Shown here piece by piece: positions 1 to 11,200 of a stretch of 64,000 bases of DNA. The notes beneath the pieces were generated by a model, which was given only the letters and a program-made list of their open reading frames with translations, had not been told where the DNA came from and did not search any database. Numbering within the stretch: position 1 is the stretch's first letter; each line of letters opens with the position of its first letter. Source of the stretch: Podarcis liolepis (taxonomy: Eukaryota); the NCBI GenBank assembly GCA_965112155.1, contig OZ218102.1; one strand, given 5' to 3'. The translations under genes were made by a program, and so were the position numbers.

Positions 1-1224
1 CTGTTTTGTATTTCAAGAGCGAAGAAGTAATAAGGAGCTGTTTTGAAATCCAAATTTTATTANNNNNNNNNNNNNNNNNNNNNNNNNNNNNNNNNNNNNN
101 NNNNNNNNNNNNNNNNNNNNNNNNNNNNNNNNNNNNNNNNNNNNNNNNNNNNNNNNNNNNNNNNNNNNNNNNNNNNNNNNNNNNNNNNNNGTACCAGAAG
201 CTTCATGCAAAAACTGCGTAAATGAAAAATTCCCTCTTTACTGCTTACAGTGCTCTCATAAAGAACAAAATGTTGATAAACTTGCACCTCTGTTGTGTAA
301 AGTCTGCCTTCTCTTCCCTGTTTACTTAATCCAATGTTATGCAGGAGTTGATGTCCCCAGGATCAGAAACATAAGTTTGTCACAAACGCAGCACTTTTAT
401 CTCTGTGGGAGCACTGGTGGAGCTAAAAAGTCAATCTACAGTTCTTAAGAGAGAGAGAGAGAGAGATGCTGATGATGGTTCTATATTGCTCGTGCAATTT
501 GACAAATAGAGAAACTGAGACTGGGAAATAAAATGACAAATCCCTTCAGATTTTTGGAAGGTTTGTTACTGACACTAATAGGGAGGGATTTGCCCTTGGC
601 CACCGTTCCTCTTTAAGAACTGGACCGATTGTAACACACCGGTCACTCGAAGTTCTCATTGTTTGGAATAAGAGGTACTGGGGTCAGGCCTAGTTGGGAG
701 TCGTGTGCTGTGTCCAGTAATTCTCTCCTGGACCCTCTCCTTCTTCTCCCATTGTTTAGAGTGGACGTGAAGGGGGGGGGGACTCTGAACATGCTCAAAT
801 GCTCCCTGGTTTTTGTTATTTCTTGGGCGTGCCAGACTGACTACGAGAGTTGAGAAACGGGCTGATCTTTACCTTGATGAGTTCCTGCAACTGTTCTCCA
901 GAACCCATGAATTATTGGTCTCTAATTAAGATGAGAGTAATAAGGCTCAGTAAAACAAACTTCCTATGACGACTGAGGATGTTTTTCACCTGCAAGTCGT
1001 CGCTTGAAGACGCGGTTACAGGTGGTGACTCAAATGAGTTCACACTAATTTTGACACGCCACATGTGGATGTCCAGTTCACAAAAAACTGTTGCTACCCC
1101 TGATAGCTATGTCGCACGGCTGAAATCCTGTCATTTCTCTCATGTATACATTATGTGGAAGTGGATATGTTGAATATTATACATTGGTTTGCATTCTGCT
1201 ATATTGGGAAAAACATTTGAAAAA

Positions 1225-1446
1225 AGAGACAGTGTAAGCTATTGGTTAGAGTGTTGGGCCCGGGAGGCCATGATTCAAACCGCCACTCAGCCCTGAAACT
1301 CGCTGGGTGACCTTGGGTTAGTCACACACTCTCTCTATCAAATAACCTACCTCACAGGCTTGTTGTGACGATAAACTGCGGAGGAACCATGTATGCCACC
1401 ATAAGTTCCTTGACAGAAAGTTGGGATATGAATAGTAACAAATAAG
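1225..1446 (+). mobile_element. tRNA-derived (MIR/CORE-like) squamate SINE
   Basis: Decayed A/B-box head (tggttagagtg...gattcaaacc), core gggtgaccttgggttagtcac...acctcacaggcttgttgtgacgataaa and AT-rich tail. Related copies at 17011 and 17541. Confidence 0.75.
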
Positions 1447-1571
1447 TGATGCACGGTCTATATAAACATTGCATGCCCACTATCTACTAATGCACATATT
1501 TAATAATTGATATACAACAAGAACTTTCCAGGTCCCACTTACTTCAACTGGAATACTTAAGTGTGGGCTTA

Positions 1572-1654
1572 AGGCTGCAACCCTCTACTCATTTACTTGG
1601 GTGTAAGTCCCACTGAACTCAATGCAGCTTGGTAGATACTTATAGGATTGCCCC
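1572..1654. mobile_element. Palindromic MITE-like element
   Basis: ggctgcaaccct...atttacttgggtgtaagtcccactgaactcaatg...taggattgccc, preceded by TTA. Confidence 0.55.
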
Positions 1655-3709
1655 ATGGATCTCGGTCATTGAAATCAATAAGGCTTATGAGCTTATCTTT
1701 GGTTGGATCGTAGTACCCACGTGTTTAAGCTGCAATCTTGTATCTACTTAGCTGGGAGTACACCCCATTCAGTGCTACTTACTTCTCAATTGAGATACAC
1801 AGGAGTCTGTACTGTTGAGGTATATAAAGTAAAAGTCTATATGCGTTCAGGTAAGTTACGGTATATTGGACGGTGCATGCTGAGGATATGTGCCATTTAA
1901 TTGTTTATCCGTTTCCCCACCCACAAAATACGCTTGCTTTTGATTTCACACCAGCTTTCGATTTCATTTGTTTCTTTTCTCTTAGGCATTCAGGTGTAGC
2001 CACTGCCCAGAGTCGCAAAAGTCACTGAGTCGAAGTAGATCCGGGTCTCCTTGAAGTCACAACGGGACTTCGTTGGCGATATTCCACCATTTAAACAGGA
2101 CTTTGAGTTGGGCTGCAAGTCATCTAAAAGAACTTCACAAGCCATTTGCAATCCGGATCAAGGAGGTCTTTTGTGGCACCCAAAAATAAAATAAAATAAA
2201 ATAAAATAAACGGCACCGCGTGGACTCTGGCGTTTCTGTGCCCTGAAATCAGCCCTTTCGCTGGGTTTGTTTTTGTGTTAGGAAGAAGAAGAAGAACGAA
2301 ACGAAAAAAAGGAAAATAACAAAATAACGAGCAAGCAATTCCCTCCCCCAATCCGTTGACGTACCAACGATTGAGAAAGGGTCTTATCCAGAGATAGTAG
2401 GGTAACACTTCTCCTACTTGACGGGGCTGCTGCCCTAAAAGCGTATGTCTCATTTCATTCCACATAAATAAATTACAGTACGTTGACTTTCCATCATAAG
2501 CGCCAGAGCAAGTTCTACACCTGCCCTCAATTGACGCGGACCATCGCGGTTCAGCGGGTCGGGCTGAAAACTGGCGAGTATTTGGGGCGGCAGGTTGATA
2601 TATTAAACAGCAGTACATTATTCAGAGTCTAAAAAATATGCCAATAAAAAGCAGGAAATATACCCCAGTATCCTCTTACGTGTATGCAAAACAGGTAATA
2701 CTCCTGTTTCCCCCCGGATAATGAGCAGGTGGAATCTTAAATCAGAATCTAATCTGCAAGTTTGTCCTGTTTCATGCGTTTTTCCATGTTAGAGACTTAA
2801 TGCACTTCCCATCTTCCAGCGGCGTTTCTCTAGGATCTTTCCCCTGTCATTTTCCTTTAAAAAGAAAGAAAGAAAAACGAGGGGTTTTATGGGTCGGGAA
2901 TGAAGTAAGTGCTAACTTGTTTTACAACCTGTTGAGCATCTTTGTTCGGCAATCGCGGGGGTGCGGGTCCGAAAGATCCTAGAGGATAAATTTCATTTTC
3001 TATTCCACTAACTCCTTCTTGACTTGAATAATTTAAGTAAACGATCTGGGGTCAACAGTTAGCAGCAAACTTTAGCCCGGATAATTTAAAGCTGCCCAGC
3101 AGCTCAAGAACTCAAACCATTAAAATGTGGCAATAATATTTAGCTGCCACTGATTTCAGGGGCAAATCTATGTGCGGTTTTTGAACTGCGTTTGCATTAT
3201 TAAACTAACTTTCACGGACTGAACTCCACAGAGTTTAAAAAACTAACGAAAATTCTGATAAATTGAACTGTTTGGGTTTAAAGCGATTTAATTCACATAA
3301 ATCAGCAGGACTAACCTGGCTGTAATCCTAAACACATTTACTAGGGAGTGATCCCCATTGACCACAGTAGGATTTCCTTTAGAATGGCTCTGTGAGGAAG
3401 CAGTCGTTTGCACAATTACTTGGGAGTAAATCACATTGAATTCAGAGCGGCTTACTTCTGGGTAAATATTCCCTGGTGCTAGGGCTACGAATCAGTTAGG
3501 GCTAAGTAGTTCCGTCTAACTTTACTCGTGGAAGGTGCAGTCATCCACAAATCAAGACGTCTGAAATACAATAATTCATTCGAGGGACGGTTTGTTTGCA
3601 GTTCTTCTTTAATCACCAGCGTCACCATCCTCTGTCCATCCTTAACAGATCCCACGACACAGGTTATGTTGTAAACCGCCAGGCGATCTTCCGATGAAAG
3701 GCGGTATAA

Positions 3710-3770
<61 letters not shown>
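3710..3770. repeat. (ATT)n microsatellite, about 20 units, following an L2-like 3' tail
   Basis: Perfect trinucleotide run directly after tgtaaaccgcc...ggcggtataaa. Confidence 0.9.
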
Positions 3771-3771
<1 letters not shown>

Positions 3772-5475
3772 ATTAATAAAGCGCCGTGCTAAAGGGGGTG
3801 GGGGGAGGGATCATGTGGGAGCTACAATCCAGTTAAATCGATGCCCTGAGACTAACTGGGACAGAAGTCCTAAGTCCTAAATAAACCTTGGGGGCGTTAC
3901 ATTAGAGTCTGGAGAATATTTTTTGAGGGGTGTAAATAGATACAACTTAAACTAGTGGATCTTCCAGTTTCATTCCAGAGATGTTATATCCTTTGAAATG
4001 ATTGGACTTGCTGTCTGATCTTGAACAGGAGAACCCTAAAATTCGTTCTGTTTATTTCAGAGGAACCTATGTACTTTGTTTTAAGTCCTAAGCTCTTGCC
4101 TATTTTCACACCTCTGGTTTTATTGACTACGAACCCAGACTACATATACCTAAGCTGTCTAAACCTTCCAGCAATAAACAAGTCGTCGCCTTGGGAAGAA
4201 CTCAAGTGGGTTATAAATCCGTTAAATAAATAAATTATACAAAATCCCTGGCTTGAAATTCTGTTTCTAATGGGAGAGGTATTTGGCGACGCACCCAACG
4301 GGTTAAAATAAATTTGCAGAGCAACGGTAGGGATACTGTTCAGTAGGGATACTGAAACTAGAGCGCACACATTTACCAGCTCCATACTTTCTTAAAGGCC
4401 ATCGGATTTTTATTTTATTTTATTTTACTCCTGAAAGAAGTCCCCTTGTCCTGACCTGTGCGCCCAAGTGAAAGTTGCGAAGGGGGATTTCAGAGCGAGT
4501 TTATTCCAGGGCTTCCGCTGGGCACCTTGGCCTTCATAAGACCATGTGTTGCCTTTTAAGGACTTGAGAGACCAGCATCGCAGTTCAGCCGGGACCCTTG
4601 GGGAAGGCGTTGCGAGCCAACGTGTGGGATGTGGTCATGTCAACAGTCGATCTCAGATTTCTTGCGAAGGACTGCCCGGGGAATGAAAAATGCAAAGTTG
4701 GTAAGGCAATAGCTTTTATTGGGCTCAGCCTCTGTTGGTTTGAAAGCGTCCAAAGCTTTCGAGCTGCAGAAAAAGATTAACCATAAGAGGAAAATGAGAA
4801 GGCTTGCAAAGGGGAATAAGGAAAATGAAGGCTTGCAAATGAAACATTTCTCTCTCACCAACCAGTAGTTTCGATTCCGCCAGTCTCCTCTCATTATGAT
4901 TATTAACCTGTTGCCATATTGTTTTACTGCTGTTATTTGGCATTCATACAGGGCTATCAGAGTGCATGGTGCGTTACAGGGTAGCCTGAAAAGTAGATCC
5001 CTGTCCTCGAGGCGCTTACAGTCTACAGGCTTCTTCGATTTTAATATACACCCGATACCTTCTAGCTGCTCGAAGCCCCCATTTAAGGAACTGACCATCC
5101 TAAACACATTTAAGCAGAAGTGCCTGTTAGTAGAAATCAGTGGGAATGGGAACCAGAATGTGCACCAGATTTTGAATCGCAAAGTAAAATCCAGGCATAC
5201 TCGGAGTGATGTTAACTGGAAGATGGTTGGAATGGCCAGTGTATTCAATGGACTTTGCTGCATTGTGAAGTGGATTACCAACCAGCTTTTCAAGTCGAAC
5301 GTCGTTGGTGGGTGATCAGCCTTTACTAGAGTAGCTCGGAGGCCGATTCTTCACCTGAATTAGCATTACCCTGTGAAGTCCCTGGGACAGGAAGCGGAAG
5401 TGGTCGCCCAAGGCCTGCTGCTGAAGCGTTTGGATGGTTGGAGTCGGACGTTGGCAGTTCTGCCTTGTGAATTTG

Positions 5476-5476
<1 letters not shown>

Positions 5477-5521
<45 letters not shown>
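5477..5521. repeat. (TCTT)n microsatellite
   Basis: Direct reading. Confidence 0.9.
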
Positions 5522-6720
5522 TCCTTCCCTCCCTCCCTTTCTAGCAAATGTCAGTAGCTTGCAACTTTAGTGCTCTGCAGTTCATATTTCTTGCCCGAGG
5601 TCTATCACTAGCATTAATTGTCCCAATAAATTGAGATATAGTGTGCATAATGCAATGTAACAATATGGTTATATTCCACGTGTAGACTTAATTAAGCTAT
5701 TTGCAGCCTGATGCTGCAAGCCAACGGGTGTGCAAGTGGATTAACAATGTACTGTTCTCCTATCCTCAGGATGGTGCATAATTACTTTACTGGCGGTACA
5801 TATCAATTTTTGATGATTGCAGAACACATGCTCACTTTACCAACAAGCGCTTTAATAACTCTCCATTGTGTTTTTAAAAACCGTTGTTTGGAAATATTTG
5901 GAAGTCTCTGCAAACAATTTTATAGCTTCTTAGCGCGTACTTTAATGGCTCCAGCTTCATTCCCGATGTATATTTTATAAAGTGCAAAGGCTAACGCGTC
6001 GTCCGCCTCCCAGGCTGGGGATTTGGAGTTCCCTCCTGCCACTAACCCCTCCACCTCTGTCCCTTGGCCTGCCCTGCAGAGCCATCAGTTCAACTGGTGC
6101 AAGCTGGGCTGCTCCAGCTCTCCAATATGACACAAACGATGGCCAGGCAAGAAATGTTATTCGGCTCTTCCAACCCCCCCCACCCCGTCTCTTTTTCTCC
6201 CTCCCTCCCTTCCCCCCGCCCTTTCCACACCTTGAACTGGAATTAATAATTCAATGAGAAGAAGACAAAGAGCCTGCATCCACTCAGAGACTCTGCTGTC
6301 TCAGGTCACCTCGTTTTCCAAAGCCAAAAAATACAATATATAGATATATTAAAAAATCGGCACGGATCTCCATAGTGTGCCCCGGAGCGCAAGGGATTGT
6401 GGGTGCCCTAGCTCGGCAGGGTTCCCGTGTCCCAGACCTCGCTTATGAAATTTACCAACAATTCAATTACTAAATTAACAAAACTCGATTACGCCACTGG
6501 GAGGAGGAAATATCCGACACCCCCAGAGTAGAGGACGGGCAGCCGAAGAATCTGCCTTGCCTACTGCTGTTTATCTGAGCACCGTACAATATGTGGTTGC
6601 ATCTCAAAATCTCTGCATTCAGCGCTCTTGACTTGGGCTGCAACGAGCTGGGGCAGTCAAACGCCCTGAATTGAGGCCTGCGGTATCCTCTCCTAGTATC
6701 TGTTCATATCTCAACATGAA

Positions 6721-6866
6721 AGGGCCCTGGTTCAGTGGTTATAGCATCTGATTTGCATGCAGAAGGTACCAGGTTCAATATCCCGCACAATCAGTGTAGT
6801 GACTGGGTTAGATAGAGTAGAAGAGTCAATGGTCAGACAGTAGAAATCAATGTCATGTGTTCCTAC
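6721..6866 (+). mobile_element. Second tRNA-derived SINE type (internally deleted)
   Basis: tRNA-like head gggccctggttcagtggttatagcatctgatttgcatgcagaaggtaccaggttcaat with A and B boxes, followed by a decayed LINE-like tail ending tgttccta. Confidence 0.6.
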
Positions 6867-6934
6867 GGAAAGTGAGAGAGAAGCTGCCGGTCAGAGACTA
6901 CACTAATACTGGGACCAACGATCTGATTCATTTC

Positions 6935-7006
6935 AACCTCCTTCCTTGGAGGTTTCTAAGCAGAGGTTGGATGACCATCTGTCATGGAATGGATGCTTCA
7001 GCTGAG
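6935..7006 (+). mobile_element. CR1 LINE 3' end, left part
   Basis: ctccttccttggaggtttctaagcagaggttggatgaccatctgtca matches the characteristic end of CR1 ORF2 / start of the 3'UTR. Confidence 0.75.
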
Positions 7007-7668
7007 TGTGGGATGTATCATTTATTGCTAGAGCAGTCAAGTACAACATTTTCCTGTTGCCTAGAATGGACGCACAGGGGAATGTGGCTCCAGACAGGGA
7101 GGAGTTCCTGTCATACCTGCTCTGGAGCTTCCTCCCCCTGTGTGTGACCAGGTAGATGGGCATGACTCTAGCTGACCAGAAAAATGGTTGGCTACACAAC
7201 CATCTCTCTCCTGGACTCTTACTCTTACTCTTGGACTCTTGGTCTCCTGACTCTTAGCCAGCTCATGGCTTAACCTTCACATAGAATGGAGCTCACAAGC
7301 AGAAAGTCTGAAACGTAGCTCAGACTTCTTTTCACTGTAACCACAAGATAAAGCCTGCCTTTAGTGCTGTTAACTGAATGTCAGTAAATGTGAGCAAAAC
7401 TTTATAATTACTTTTAAAGAAGACTGTGTTGTGTTGTTTTTATTAAGAGGGAAATGAAGGATAGACTTACCAGGAACAATCCAGACTGGACAATCCAGAC
7501 TGGATTGATTGATTGATTGATTGATTGATTAAAGGATTCTAAGGAACCATCAACTTGCTCCCAATAAGCTGCAGTGGGAATGTGCTCTGCTGTTTACTCA
7601 CTAGCGTGAGTGCGGAGGGATAATATCAAAACAATATATCCTCTCCTACCTTCCTTAACATTCCCACA
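7007..7668. mobile_element. Solo LTR (662 bp) inserted in a CR1 3' end
   Basis: TG...CA ends with a short inverted repeat TGTGGGATGT / ACATTCCCACA. Flanked by CTGAG (7002-7006) and CTAAG (7669-7673), a 5-bp target-site duplication with one mismatch. The flanks rejoin into a continuous CR1 tail. Confidence 0.75.
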
Positions 7669-7736
7669 CTAAGAATCCTGCATTACAGGTGTTTGGACTT
7701 GATGACCCTTGGCGTCGCTTCCAACTCTATGATTCC
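7669..7736 (+). mobile_element. CR1 LINE 3' end, right part
   Basis: ttggacttgatgacccttggcgtcgcttccaactctatgattc is the CR1 terminal hairpin and tail motif. Confidence 0.75.
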
Positions 7737-8043
7737 TCCCAAGTCACCTTCCTATGTTTCCGCAGAACAGTTGTGCTTTGCAGTAATGCCAACGCCGTCT
7801 TGAGAACTTGCTGGAGAGCTACAACGGTGCGCACAGCTAGGTTGCCTGGACCCCACAGAACTTCTTAGAATGTAAGCTCCTAGGAGCAGGTTTACAACCT
7901 GTGCCTTTGAAGCGTGGTTGGCTAAGGGCTTGGCCCGAGACCCTTCCTATCCTAAACGTTCAAGTGTACATGTTATGTGTTAATGACGGTCCAACTCACA
8001 AGGGCGGAAGGGCCATTCCACCACTTTTCTTAAGCCGGATCAT

Positions 8044-8215
8044 TAACATAAGGACAAGAGCCTGCTGGATCAGGCCAGTGGCCCATCTAGTCCAACATAA
8101 TCCTGGATCAGGCCAATCAGATGCCCGTAGGAAACCCGCAAGCAGGATTCGAGCACAAGCGTATTGTCTCCTCCTGCGGTTACCGGCTACTGATACTCAC
8201 TAGATTCATTGTCTT
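8044..8215 (-). mobile_element. CR1-type LINE 3'UTR fragment
   Basis: aacataaggacaagagcctgctggatcaggccagtggcccatctagtccaaca is the reverse complement of a common reptile CR1 3' terminus. Confidence 0.65.
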
Positions 8216-11200
8216 GGTGACTTTGGGGTAATGTTGGGCATGCAGGAGTGGGGAGGCTAATAGTCGACAAGCTCATTGATCAAGGCCCGGGTGAATCAGA
8301 AACTTGGGTCCATGATAACAGGGCTGCAGTGGTGAGGGTAATTTTAGACGCTGGGTTTAGCTGTTTTAAGAGCGCCCCCACTGTAGATGGCAAAGTGCAT
8401 GACTTCACTTACTTCAAAATGTGCTGTGTTTCCAAGCACCCACATCAGGAGGAGATTCAGTCAGACCAGGCGCCGGTTTGTGCGGGTAAAATGGGCGTCG
8501 GCCTCCTATTGGCCCATGTGAAATGAATCAAGAGCTGCCTGCTCCATTTACCTTTACAACGTGGAGGTTCTTGAAATAAAATAAAGTATTTCGGGTTCTT
8601 GCTCCCCCCCAAAAAAATTAAGGTTTCACATCCCCCCCAACTCAGAATTTTATTTTATTTTTTGAAGAAAGCAGTAAAAAGAGTGCATTTGTTCTTGTAC
8701 CTGAAGCAGGTGATGTTTATGTAGAGACATCTGAAATGACAGCAGGAGAGAAGGCCAAATCTAATCAAGCCTAATAAACCGTGCGAGTCGAAATGTCATT
8801 AAACCTGATCAAGATGAGTCTCCGAATCGCCGAAAAAGGTAAATGCCTTCNNNNNNNNNNNNNNNNNNNNNNNNNNNNNNNNNNNNNNNNNNNNNNNNNN
8901 NNNNNNNNNNNNNNNNNNNNNNNNNNNNNNNNNNNNNNNNNNNNNNNNNNNNNNNNNNNNNNNNNNNNNNNNNNNNNNNNNNNNNNNNNNGTCTGCAAGA
9001 TTACACACGAGGTCCCATCTATCTGCTCTCAAACTGTGCCTTCGCCTTTCCCCGCGACATATTGTGCGACTGACAAGTGAAATAGTGCAGATAAACCAAT
9101 GGTTTAAAACGTAATAAAGACAACAGCTATTTGCATTTTTTACATTTTATTACAAAGGTAATTTACTATGACACATTTTCGGGATGTCATCTCTAGAAAA
9201 CATTGCCAAGCAATTAGAGAAATGTATACAACACCGAGGAGCCCGGGGTGGGGGGCGGGGAGAGAGAAGTCAGATAAAGGAGAATATTATGGATCATCAG
9301 AGGTTTTCTTTTCGTATAGTAACACATAGATTGGGGGAGGGGGTTCGAGGAAGGGGACCAGTTCAGCGAGAACAGAGGCCAGACCTTAACACAGAGAGGG
9401 CATAATAAAGCAACTTGATTCCATGCGGAAGGAACGTGGAATAACTTTCTGGGTGGCTTAAGAAGCCTGTCTAGATGTCTCCAGGGAACTGTGGTCAGAG
9501 GTGGTGGTCAGGTCTATGGGTCGGGGTGAGCAACCTCCCGCCCAAGGACTCGCTCTGGCGCTGAGCCTATTCTCATGCAGGTGGCAAAGAAGAGAGTGGG
9601 GAGGGGAGAGAAAAAGGGGTGACAGAATGAGAGAGGGGAAAGAGGGCGCCTTGTCCACTCCTGGCTTTGGCCCTGCCCACTGCACTGAAGAGACAGAAAA
9701 GGGTCGTGGGCCGGTTGACAGTATGACTCAGGGACTCCATCACGCGAGGAGAGGACCATAAGAGGGTGGGGGCGCAGCTGGAGTAAAAATTTAGAAAGCA
9801 GCCGATCTCAACAGCAACTTTTTTGCAAATGATGCTGCGTCTTCGCCAGTCCAAGCTCTTCGCGTGTATTTGTGGCGTTGGCTTATGGAATTGCTGTTTG
9901 TTTTACAGGAACGGTTGCTGCCCCCAGGATATGGTGTCTTTACTTCTGTGAAGCCCGAGACTCGGAAACAAATCCCATTGTATCCAATGAAGCTTCCTCC
10001 CAAGGAAGGGTCTATAGGATTACCCTGGAGTTGCTAGCATGTGCCACTCCAATAAGTGTCAAAGGATGAAGTCTAGGGGTTCAGTTAAAGCGACCAGCGT
10101 TCAGCAACTAAATCTTAATATCCTTCATTTCTACCTCCGCCCACTTCGCATTTCCATTCTTTGCTTAGAATATATAGTAAAATCTCAGCCAGCCTATAAA
10201 AAGAGGTTTTATTACAGAATCTGTCCAGGTCTTTTAATCGTGCATGATTTAGACAGGGGGGAAATCTTGGAGGCCGCCAGCAGATCTTGTTCCCTACTGA
10301 GAGACAGAGTGTCAGAACCCCCTTTCTTCATATCTATTAAATCCCTCTCTCACACTCTCTCTCTCCAAAATTTGTCACAACTGGAATCCGATTTATTGGG
10401 GAGAGGGTGCGGTGTGGGCTGCCTTGAACCTCAAATCTGGTCTCAAGAGTTTAAAGTATCAACTACCCTTTCCACCGAGGCTTTATGAAGTAAAGGAACT
10501 CCTTTGACATGCCTCCAAGTTTATAAGGGCTTACTTCCAGGGAGGCGTGTGTGCATGTTAACACAACTGACGTCGTCTAAATTTAAGCTTTCGGAGAAAG
10601 ATTACGGAAAATCCCGAGGAAATTGATCTTTCAAATATTTTGTTCAGCAAGAGTTTGGTTTCCTTGCGGCAAATTCAGAAGGAGTTGACCCCTCCGTGCT
10701 CCCTCGTTCTAAGGTTTTGTGGCTTTCAGCTAACACGCGAATCCAAACCATATATCCGGAGTAAAATCCCACTGATTTCAGCGGGTCCTGCTTCCCAGTG
10801 GAACCTCCTTAGGGTGACAGGCCTCAGGCTGACCTTAACTCAGTGCCTTCGCCGCTTTCGGCTCTACGTGTTTAGTTATACACCTGAGATGTTTAAACAC
10901 ATAACGTGTGAATAGGATATCCATGGGTTTACAAGCAGCTGTGTCACATAGGTACGCACTACAGGGAGCATTGTTTGACTGAAGCTCTCTCTCTTTTCTT
11001 TTCTTTGAAAAAAGGCTATTTGTCGACAAACTCGGGTTTCCTTTTGCGTAACGTGTGAAGCGGCTCTTAGAACGGAGATTGATTTTTCTCTCCGGTCTGG
11101 TCCTCAGGGAAGGTTGCCTTTATACATCTTATGTGCAGAGGTCAAGACGCAAGAGCTTTTGACCAGCAAGAAATAAAGGGAATCCTGGGAAATGTGTCTC

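Noticed and set aside
4640-5315. 217-aa and 139-aa ORFs
   Set aside because: No recognisable domain or codon bias and no evident splice structure; consistent with chance.
6721-6790. tRNA-like sequence
   Set aside because: No intact cloverleaf or acceptor stem; it is a SINE head.
9684-9710. CTGAAGA...GAAA...TC resembling a second hammerhead core
   Set aside because: No stem II or convincing stems I and III can form.
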